From positions 1 through 22,880 of the forward strand of contig JBDRLP010000013.1 in assembly GCA_043812975.1 (NCBI GenBank): DNA of 22,880 nt, in the 5' to 3' direction. A program made the position numbers and the translations under genes. The notes under the pieces were generated by a model. It made no database searches. It was given only the letters and a program-made list of their open reading frames with translations, and had not been told where the DNA came from. Source of the DNA: Candidatus Iainarchaeum sp. (GTDB lineage Archaea > Iainarchaeota > Iainarchaeia > Iainarchaeales > Iainarchaeaceae). Within the stretch, counting starts at the first letter, position 1. Each line of letters opens with the position of its first letter. Positions 1-7,051 of this stretch are shown here, piece after piece.

Positions 1-171
1 TTTTTCCCTTTCAACCAAACCAACTTCTTCCAAAGCCTGAACATGCTTCAAAGCCACTGGATTAGAAATATTCAATTCCTTTGCCAATGCAGCAATATGG
101 GTCTCCTTGTGCATGAGAATCTGCACAATATTGCGCCTGTTCTGGTTTCCTAATACTTGAAAAATATCCAT
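1..171 (-). CDS. ArsR-like winged helix-turn-helix transcriptional regulator (5' part only, runs off the window)
   Basis: Not in the ORF track. Manual translation from ATG at 171 gives MDIFQVLGNQNRRNIVQILMHKETHIAALAKELNISNPVALKHVQALEEVGLVEREK, which fits the ArsR/HTH_20 pattern (F..LG...R..I...L, LA.EL.IS...V..H...LEE.GLV). An AT-rich TATA-like box lies about 25 nt upstream. Confidence 0.88.
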   Translation of the reverse strand, partial: MDIFQVLGNQNRRNIVQILMHKETHIAALAKELNISNPVALKHVQALEEVGLVEREK

Positions 172-236
172 ACAACTCTTATGTTACTTAAGAATTTAAT
201 ATTATCCTTCAGGGTAATAATCATTATCTTTTTTTG

Positions 237-290
237 AAACTATTTAAAAGGTTCCTAAGATATTTCAATTTACTAACAAAAACTGAGGTG
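237..290 (+). promoter_or_regulatory. Putative archaeal BRE/TATA promoter and Shine-Dalgarno site for the gene at 296
   Basis: GAAAC-TATTTAAAA at about 236-249, and GAGGTG at 285-290, 5 nt before ATG 296. Confidence 0.55.
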
Positions 291-295
291 GTTCA

Positions 296-1837
296 ATGAA
301 AAAATATTTGCTAGTAATAAGTTTGTTATTATTTGCAGGAATTGCTCTTGCTGACCAGATAACAGTAAAATACAATTTTCCTCTTGATAAGGGAATAACT
401 GATGTTTCAGAAATAATAGAAATAAATGATGAAAATGCATTCACTGCATTTATAGAAGTTGCAAATAGCAATAACCTTGTCCTTGATCTAGATTACTACG
501 ATTTTGATGGGGACAGCATTCCAGAATCAGCGTTCATAAATGGGATTAGCGGAGTTAATACTTCTGATGATTTCTCAAGTTATTGGCAGTTCTCAATAAA
601 CAACAGTTCCTCTTTTACAGGAATAAGCGATTACTTCCCAAGTGGAGGAGATGTAATAAGCCTTGATTACTTGGATGATAAAACCGAAGACGCTCTTGAA
701 TGGCTTGTTGACAACCAGGAAGAAAACGGAAGGTTTGGTTCAAACTTATTCCAAAGCGGTTTTGGTTTAATGGCCTTAAGTCTTGCAAACCAAAATAGTG
801 TTGCTGTCGAATCTCAAGTGTACACAAATGGAATAAGTTACACTACTGGTGAACAGGAAAATGATGCTGGTTTTGGAGACGAATTATACACTGCGGTTTC
901 GATAATGGCTTTGCTTTCAAATGGAGAAAGTTTAACTGATTTTGATGTTGATGGCAAAACCGCAATTGAGTTTCTATTAGAAAACCAGAACAATGATGGT
1001 GGTTTTGAAAGCGGAACTAGCGAAAGTGATGTTGATACAACTTCATGGTCAATAATTGCTTTAGCACAGGCTGGAGAAGAATTTCCTGAAAATAATGGAA
1101 ATACTCCTGAGGATTATTTAATTTCTGTACAATTGGAAGATGGTGCCTGGGGTTATAATGCAGAATCAACAGGAAGTGTTGATTATACAAGTGAAGCATT
1201 GATTGCTTTAGCTACGGCTGGTTCAGAAGATGCAGCGGTTCAAGATGGTCTCGATTGGTTGTCAGATAAGCAGGATGAAGAAGGCTGTTTTGCTGATGGA
1301 TTCAGAACAGCTTTAGGAAGCATTGCTTTCAGAATGAATAGTGAAACAGAAAAAGCAAACTCAGCACTTGACTGCTTGAATACAATGCAGAATGGTGATG
1401 GAAGCTTTGGAAGAACCTCAAATAAATCAAATGCAATTGATACAGGATTAGCAATAATTGCATTAAGTGAGGAAACATTCCCTTTGACAACAACTTCTCC
1501 AACAGGTTCTGAGGAAGGAATTCTTGGTTTGAATTCAATAATAAAATTCATTGTGGAAATAGAGAATTTAGGAAATGTTACTGCTGAAAACGTAGAAATT
1601 TCTTTAGAAGGAATTCCAAGCGATTGGATTCTTGATCAGAGTAATCTAAGCTTTGATGAAATTCTCGCTGGAGATTCAATTGTAGCAGAAATCTTTGTGA
1701 AATTAGAGAATACAGGTTCGTTTGATGTACAGGCAATTGTAAGTACGGATACATCAACAGCATCAGCAAACTCGAACTTTGTTGATCTTGCAATAGAAGA
1801 AGCATTGCTTGGAATAAACCTGAGTTTTGAAGAGTGA
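296..1837 (+). CDS. Secreted protein: DUF4430 (transcobalamin C-terminal-like) domain + prenyltransferase/squalene-cyclase QW-repeat alpha/alpha barrel + C-terminal CARDB/Ig-like domain
   Basis: Signal peptide MKKYLLVISLLLFAGIALA. FINGISGV...YWQFSIN...GISDY...GDVI is DUF4430-like. Six QW-type repeats: QEENGRFG, QENDAGFG, QNNDGGFE, QLEDGAWG, QDEEGCF, QNGDGSFG. VEIENLGNVTAENVEI...GSFDV is CARDB-like. Confidence 0.8.
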   Translation: MKKYLLVISLLLFAGIALADQITVKYNFPLDKGITDVSEIIEINDENAFTAFIEVANSNNLVLDLDYYDFDGDSIPESAFINGISGVNTSDDFSSYWQFSINNSSSFTGISDYFPSGGDVISLDYLDDKTEDALEWLVDNQEENGRFGSNLFQSGFGLMALSLANQNSVAVESQVYTNGISYTTGEQENDAGFGDELYTAVSIMALLSNGESLTDFDVDGKTAIEFLLENQNNDGGFESGTSESDVDTTSWSIIALAQAGEEFPENNGNTPEDYLISVQLEDGAWGYNAESTGSVDYTSEALIALATAGSEDAAVQDGLDWLSDKQDEEGCFADGFRTALGSIAFRMNSETEKANSALDCLNTMQNGDGSFGRTSNKSNAIDTGLAIIALSEETFPLTTTSPTGSEEGILGLNSIIKFIVEIENLGNVTAENVEISLEGIPSDWILDQSNLSFDEILAGDSIVAEIFVKLENTGSFDVQAIVSTDTSTASANSNFVDLAIEEALLGINLSFEE

Positions 1838-1841
1838 TATT

Positions 1842-2333
1842 ATGGAAAAAAAATATGTAGCAATAGGGGTAGTAATAGCACTGGCTTTTGTAGTTTTGTT
1901 TCAGGGGGAACTAACAGGTTTGTTCTTCTTGAACAATTCTCAAGCAAATGATGAATTTCTTTTGGATAGTTCTGCTGATGCTGAAGAACAAATAATTACT
2001 TCTTCCAATACAGTTTCAACAAAACTTTCTTTTGAGATTGTTGAACCTGCAAAATTAAAAGTTGAACTTGTTGAAGGAAAATTATTTCCTTGTCCCAATT
2101 ATTCTGATTTAATTTTTGAAGTTGAAAATATAAGTTCAGGAGTCGCTGAGCGGTTTAATGTAAATTACCCTTCTGATCTTATTGTTGAAAACTGCATAAA
2201 CTGCTCGTTAAAGAAAATTGTTTCTGGAGCAAAGGAAACTGTAAAAATTAGGGCATGCAGGGCTGTTTCTGATGAACTCCATGTTGAGTTTTCCTCGGTA
2301 AATGCGGATACTTTACTTGTTCAACTAGATTAA
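1842..2333 (+). CDS. Membrane-anchored hypothetical protein with a CARDB/Ig-like domain
   Basis: ATG at 1842 is preferred over TTG at 1827 because GAGTGA precedes it. N-terminal TM helix (YVAIGVVIALAFVVLF). FEVENISSGVAERFNV...PSDLI resembles the C-terminal domain of the upstream gene. Gap to the upstream gene is 4 bp. Confidence 0.75.
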   Translation: MEKKYVAIGVVIALAFVVLFQGELTGLFFLNNSQANDEFLLDSSADAEEQIITSSNTVSTKLSFEIVEPAKLKVELVEGKLFPCPNYSDLIFEVENISSGVAERFNVNYPSDLIVENCINCSLKKIVSGAKETVKIRACRAVSDELHVEFSSVNADTLLVQLD

Positions 2334-2387
2334 TTTTTTCATCCCCTTGGGGAAAACCTATTTATTACAGAAAGCTGTTTTTAATGT

Positions 2388-3500
2388 ATGCAAATAACTG
2401 AAATCGCAAGAGAAAAAGCAATTGAAGTACTGAAAATCTGTTCAACCAAAAATGGCTTGTATGGTTCAGGCGGAAAGAATGGTTATACTTCTGTTTGGGC
2501 AAGGGATTCAATGATTTCTCTTATTGGTGCAACTTCCAATACAAAGGAATTCCAAAAGGTTTTCAAGGCAAGCATTGAAACTTTAGCAAAGTATCAGAGT
2601 GAAAAAGGCCAGATTCCTAATGATGTTGATGTTTTTGAAAAAAGAAAATTAGTAACTTTTGCGACAATAGATTCAAGTCTTTGGTTTGTTCTTGGAAACG
2701 CGATGTACAAAAAAAAGTTCGGGACTTCTCTCTGGAATAAGTACAGGAAAAATATTGAAAGAGCAATGCTTTGGGTTGAATATCAGGATGCTGGTGAAGA
2801 TTTAATGCCTGAACAACAGCCAACAAGCGATTGGCAGGATTGTTTTCCGCACAAGTATGGTCATACAATAAACACACAAGCAATGTACTATAGTGCATTG
2901 AAAGCAATAGGGAATAAAAAAATCTTCAAAGCTTTCAAGAAACAGGTTGACAAGTATTTGTGGGACGACAAGTTAGGTTATTTCATGCCCTGGCATTGGA
3001 AAGACCATGAGAAGTACAAAGAAAAAGAAGAATGGTTTGATTCTTTAGGAAACATGCTAGTGATTGTTTATGGTTTGGCAACAGAAAAGCAGGCAAAGAG
3101 TATTCTTAAAGTGGTTGAGAAGAAAAGAATTGCAAAACCTTATCCAATTAGAGTTATTGCACCTCCTATAAAAAAAGATTCAAAAGCATGGAAAGATTAT
3201 TTCAAAGCATGCCTTGCAGGAGAACCTAATAATTATATTAATGGAGGCATCTGGCCTTTTGTTGGAGGCTTTTATGTATGTGCTCTGGTGGAAGCAAAGC
3301 AGTATAAAAAAGCAGAACAAGCTCTTGAATCCTTGGCAAAGGCAAACAAGTTAGGAAAGCGTTACGAATGGGATTTTAACGAGTGGATCAATCCGGTTTC
3401 TAAGAAAGCTGGAGGCGGAAGACATCAGGCCTGGAGTGCCGGTGGTTATCTGCTTGCGTATGAAGCAGTGAAAAGGAAAAAAAACCCGCTTAAAATTTAA
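2388..3500 (+). CDS. GH100-like (alkaline/neutral invertase-related) / amylo-alpha-1,6-glucosidase-type (alpha/alpha)6 glycoside hydrolase
   Basis: YTSVWARD, TIDSSLWF, YINGGIWP, FNEW and QAWS parallel the GH100 motifs YxQVFIRD, VDSGLWW, YHNGGSWP, WPEY and QTWS. No signal peptide. Confidence 0.8.
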   Translation: MQITEIAREKAIEVLKICSTKNGLYGSGGKNGYTSVWARDSMISLIGATSNTKEFQKVFKASIETLAKYQSEKGQIPNDVDVFEKRKLVTFATIDSSLWFVLGNAMYKKKFGTSLWNKYRKNIERAMLWVEYQDAGEDLMPEQQPTSDWQDCFPHKYGHTINTQAMYYSALKAIGNKKIFKAFKKQVDKYLWDDKLGYFMPWHWKDHEKYKEKEEWFDSLGNMLVIVYGLATEKQAKSILKVVEKKRIAKPYPIRVIAPPIKKDSKAWKDYFKACLAGEPNNYINGGIWPFVGGFYVCALVEAKQYKKAEQALESLAKANKLGKRYEWDFNEWINPVSKKAGGGRHQAWSAGGYLLAYEAVKRKKNPLKI

Positions 3501-3531
3501 AATTTTTTTAATTTAATTGATTTTTTTATTT
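3501..3531. terminator. T-rich gap between convergent genes, probable oligo-T terminator
   Basis: Two T7 tracts on the + strand directly after the stop at 3500. Confidence 0.45.
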
Positions 3532-4695
3532 TTATTGTTTTTGTGAATGAAGCTTATCCTCAATCAACTTTGCAATATCAAGTGAAACTTTTTTATAATC
3601 AAAATTATTTACTGTGTGTTCTCTTGCTTGTGTTCCCATTTTTTCCCGAAGCTCATCATCACTTAAAAGTTTTAATAAATATTTTGCAAGATCATCCACA
3701 TCTGCTCTGTAAGCAAAAGTTTTTGGTTCATCAAACTTAATCTTGTGGTCTTCACCAAAACCCATGTTGGTGTAAGCCCATTCTTCTTCCAATTGGATGG
3801 TTTCCCCTACTTTTGCAAGGAAACCTGTTTCATTGTGAACAATAGTATCCTTTATACCCATTGCATTAATGCTTAACACAGGAATACCGCAGGCCATTGC
3901 TTCAACCTGAATCATGCCAAAACCTTCAATCCTGCTTGGAGCAGCATAAACATCAGCTGCACTGAGTAAAATCCTCATGCTTGTCCTTGAAAGCGGACCG
4001 TCAATATAATGAACCCGTTCATCAGGAAGCTCTTCCTTTTCAATAATATCCTGTTCGTCTTTGTAATGATACTCAGGTTCTCCGAATTCCCAGCTTTTTC
4101 CGATATATTTCCAGTTAGAGAATTCGCCGTTTATTTTTCCAAGTGCTTTCAGTACTTCCTGAAAACCTTTGCTTGTAGTATCTCCTCCTATTGTGAGAAT
4201 CATTTTGTCATTTTCTTCTACTCCAAGAATCTTTCGCATTTCCTGAACTCTCGGATCGCTTTTTGGAATAGGCTTCATTTGCTGAGTATCAATTCCAATA
4301 GGCATTGGATGCATTCTATCAGTATTAACACCATCTCTTTTGTATGTTTCCTTTACCCAGTTGCTTGTAACCATTATAAGAGGAAGTTCATTCAAAACAT
4401 CATGGTAATTTGCAACCCAGCCATCAGCATTTAACCATGGAACAGGCTGCATTCCATGTTCAATCGGATCCTGAATTATAGAAGGAGTGTCTCCCCAGAA
4501 GCCAACTCCGATTACATAATCGGGTTTGAAGATTTTGTAAAGTGCTTCTTTCTCAAAACCTGCTGTTCGGTCGCAGCCCATTACTGGATAATTATTTTCT
4601 TCTAATCCTTTGTGTAGGTAACTGCCCTGTAAACTTACTCCGTCGAGCTCAGCGGGAAAAGGGTAGAGCACAAGACTCTTAAACTTTTGATCCAT
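3532..4695 (-). CDS. Glycosyltransferase family 4 (GT-B, retaining)
   Basis: PIGIDT, KGFQEVLKAL, ADVYAAPSRIEGFGMIQVEAMACGIPV (E-x7-E motif), HNETGFL, LREKMG..AR. Confidence 0.92.
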   Translation of the reverse strand: MDQKFKSLVLYPFPAELDGVSLQGSYLHKGLEENNYPVMGCDRTAGFEKEALYKIFKPDYVIGVGFWGDTPSIIQDPIEHGMQPVPWLNADGWVANYHDVLNELPLIMVTSNWVKETYKRDGVNTDRMHPMPIGIDTQQMKPIPKSDPRVQEMRKILGVEENDKMILTIGGDTTSKGFQEVLKALGKINGEFSNWKYIGKSWEFGEPEYHYKDEQDIIEKEELPDERVHYIDGPLSRTSMRILLSAADVYAAPSRIEGFGMIQVEAMACGIPVLSINAMGIKDTIVHNETGFLAKVGETIQLEEEWAYTNMGFGEDHKIKFDEPKTFAYRADVDDLAKYLLKLLSDDELREKMGTQAREHTVNNFDYKKVSLDIAKLIEDKLHSQKQ

Positions 4696-5277
4696 TCATA
4701 ACACTTTCTTGAACGTCTCTTTATCAGAAAGACTGATGTATTCAAAGACATCCTTATCAAAATCATATACACGATTGATTAAATACTTTTTCTTTTCGAA
4801 TTCAGCGCTGTTCAGCTCGAAAACAAGTTCGGCATTCGCATTTGGCACGGCTCTGAACGGATCGTCGCGCGCTTCGTAGTCAAATACAAACAGTTCTTTG
4901 CAATTAATCAAACCTTGTTCCGCCATCTTCACAATGCCTTTGTGCGTTTCAATGTGTCTGCGATGTCCGTACTCGCCATTGGAGTTGTGCGTGTAAACAA
5001 CATCGAAGTGCTTGTCCATTGCAATAGGCTCAACACGTTTCACAACTTCGTCGAGTGATGAAAGTGGCTCTTCAGTATTTTCATCATCAATGTCTGAAAT
5101 AAATGCACGTGCGTTTAGTTCCTTGCAAACCTTGAAGAATTTGGGTTTTCTGTCAGAATCATCCTTTCTGCTTAAGGAAAGAATTGTCCATTCCCAGTCT
5201 TTCTCATGAAGAATTTTGCCACCCATCCAGATTGTTTCATCATCTGGGTGTGCTACAATCACAAGGGCTTTTACCAT
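4696..5277 (-). CDS. PIG-L/LmbE family Zn-dependent N-acetylglucosaminyl deacetylase
   Basis: VAHPDDE motif right after the likely start MVKALV (ATG 5277), and THNSNGEYGHRRH (H..H metal motif). Its TGA abuts the ATG of the GT4 gene (TGAATG). Confidence 0.9.
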   Translation of the reverse strand: MVKALVIVAHPDDETIWMGGKILHEKDWEWTILSLSRKDDSDRKPKFFKVCKELNARAFISDIDDENTEEPLSSLDEVVKRVEPIAMDKHFDVVYTHNSNGEYGHRRHIETHKGIVKMAEQGLINCKELFVFDYEARDDPFRAVPNANAELVFELNSAEFEKKKYLINRVYDFDKDVFEYISLSDKETFKKVL

Positions 5278-5330
5278 GCAATTAGTAATATATGCAAAAG
5301 AATAAATAGTCTGGTTTCGCAATAATCTCG
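5278..5330. promoter_or_regulatory. Compact divergent promoter with a single central TATA-like element
   Basis: AATAAATA at 5301-5308 lies at the midpoint between ATG 5277(-) and ATG 5331(+). Neither side has an SD motif. Confidence 0.55.
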
Positions 5331-6983
5331 ATGTCGAAGGTTTATGTAATAGGTGATCTTAACACAGATTTTTTTACGTACACTGGTTCGCGTGCGAGAT
5401 TTGGTGAAGAACAGAATGCAGACTTTACTCATTCGATTGGAGGAAACGCTACTAACTTTGCTGTTGCTGCAGCATCGCTTGGCATGGATGTAAACCTTGT
5501 TAGTATGATTGGCGAGGATTTGTTTACAAGATTTTTGAAAGCAGAGCTTGCAGAATCAAAAGTAAACAAGCTTCTTGTTAATTCGAGTTCTCCAAATGGT
5601 TTTTCAAACATTTTTGTGAAGAAGGGCGGCGAGCGAGGAATTTTTTCCAACAAAGGCGCACTCCTTGAGCTTTCATCTTCTTTGGTTTCGAAAAAAATTC
5701 TTTCAAGATTAAAGAAAGAAGATATAGTTTATTTTGGGGGTTTTTTCCATCTTCCAAAATTGAGACCTGGTTTTGTGAATCTGCTTAAAGCAATTAGAAG
5801 AAAAGAGGCAAAGGTTTTTTTTGACGCGACTTTTGATGAGTATGGGAAATGGGAAGTAAACAGTTTCCTTTCTCTTATTGATGTGTTTTTCCTGAATGAA
5901 GTTGAACTTGAACATATTACTAAAACAAAAAATAAGGGTAAAGGAATTAAGAAATTATTTTCCATGGGGGCTAATGAGATTGTTCTGAAGCTCGGTTCAA
6001 AAGGAGCTGAATACTTTTCCAGAACACAAAGTTTTGCAATGCCTGCTTTGAATGTAAAACCGGTTAATGCTACTGGTGCTGGTGATTTTTTCGATGCTGG
6101 TTTCACCTATGCGTTTCTTAATGGTTTTAGTTCCTGGAATTCACTTTTAATTTCTAACTTTGTTGCAGGGAAAAAAATTGAAAAAAAGCATTACTTTAAG
6201 CCAACTGAAAGCATGGTTAAAAATTATTTGAAAAATAAGAATTTGGTTGAGGTTGTAAAGGTTAAAGATTATAATATGGTTTCGAAACTTAGTGCTCAGC
6301 TTATTGTTGAACAACTAAATCAAAAGCCTGATTCTGTTATTTCGATTGCTGCAGGAAAAACTCCTATTGGTCTTTACAAAGAACTTGTTAAAGCATACGA
6401 AAAAAAGAATGTTAGTTTTTCAAAGGCTGTTTTTATTGAGATGGATGAATACCTTGGTCTTACTAATGAAAAAGATAGTTTTGCTTATGTGCTTCAAACC
6501 AAATTTTTGGATAAAGTGAATTTCAAAAAACAGAACATTTTTCTGTTTGATCCTTTTTCAAAAAACTTTTCCAAGGAACGTAAAAGAATTGATTCTGTTG
6601 TTCAAAGAAAACCTCTTGATTTTGTTTTGCTTGGAATCGGGGCTAATGCGCATATAGCTTACAACGAACCTTACACGAGTTTTTCTTCAGGAACACACTT
6701 TGTCAAAACTCATTTGAAAATTCTCAAAGCAAGAAAACAAAAGTTCTTGGGGAAAATTCCGAACAAGGCTTTTACTCTTGGAATAAAAACAATAAGTTCT
6801 GCCAAAAAACTTGTGCTTATTGCTAATGGAAAACCTAAGGCAAATGCAATTAAGAAAGTAGTTTCTTCAAAACCAAGTGTTAAAGTTCCGGCATCTATTC
6901 TGCAAAAGCACCCTAATTCAACAATAATAGTGGATCGCAAAGCAGGAAGTCTTCTTAAAAATTATATCAAAGGACAGAAATAA
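5331..6983 (+). CDS. Fusion of a PfkB/ribokinase-family sugar kinase (N-terminal) and a NagB-type glucosamine-6-phosphate deaminase (C-terminal)
   Basis: PfkB motifs: IGDLNTD, GGNATNFAVAAASLG, NEVE (NxxE), KLGSKGA, NATGAGDFF. NagB motifs: AAGKTP, MDEYLGL, LGIGANAHIAYNEP, TLGIKTI, PASILQKHP. Confidence 0.9.
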   Translation: MSKVYVIGDLNTDFFTYTGSRARFGEEQNADFTHSIGGNATNFAVAAASLGMDVNLVSMIGEDLFTRFLKAELAESKVNKLLVNSSSPNGFSNIFVKKGGERGIFSNKGALLELSSSLVSKKILSRLKKEDIVYFGGFFHLPKLRPGFVNLLKAIRRKEAKVFFDATFDEYGKWEVNSFLSLIDVFFLNEVELEHITKTKNKGKGIKKLFSMGANEIVLKLGSKGAEYFSRTQSFAMPALNVKPVNATGAGDFFDAGFTYAFLNGFSSWNSLLISNFVAGKKIEKKHYFKPTESMVKNYLKNKNLVEVVKVKDYNMVSKLSAQLIVEQLNQKPDSVISIAAGKTPIGLYKELVKAYEKKNVSFSKAVFIEMDEYLGLTNEKDSFAYVLQTKFLDKVNFKKQNIFLFDPFSKNFSKERKRIDSVVQRKPLDFVLLGIGANAHIAYNEPYTSFSSGTHFVKTHLKILKARKQKFLGKIPNKAFTLGIKTISSAKKLVLIANGKPKANAIKKVVSSKPSVKVPASILQKHPNSTIIVDRKAGSLLKNYIKGQK

Positions 6984-7051
6984 GGATAAAATTGTCCTTT
7001 GATAGCTATCGAAAGACCTTATTTGGATGCTTTTTAAAATGTCTTTCGATA
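6965..7051. repeat. Two tandem perfect inverted repeats built from four related 11-12 bp arms
   Basis: TATCAAAGGACA (6965-6976) pairs with TGTCCTTTGATA (6993-7004). TATCGAAAGAC (7007-7017) pairs with GTCTTTCGATA (7041-7051). Confidence 0.9.

Noticed and set aside
296..1837. Squalene-hopene cyclase or protein prenyltransferase call
   Set aside because: It has a signal peptide and a single barrel, and DVDTT replaces the catalytic DxDD motif. The QW repeats indicate fold only.
4696..5277. Assigning the symbols mshB, bshB or pigL
   Set aside because: The family is clear but the substrate is not, and partner genes of those pathways are absent from the window.
6965..7051. Thermococcales TGM (TATCAC-N5-GTGATA) operator, or an ordinary rho-independent terminator
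   Set aside because: Arm sequence and spacing differ from TGM and the site lies between gene 3' ends. The loops are long (16 and 23 nt) and no U-tract follows the stems.
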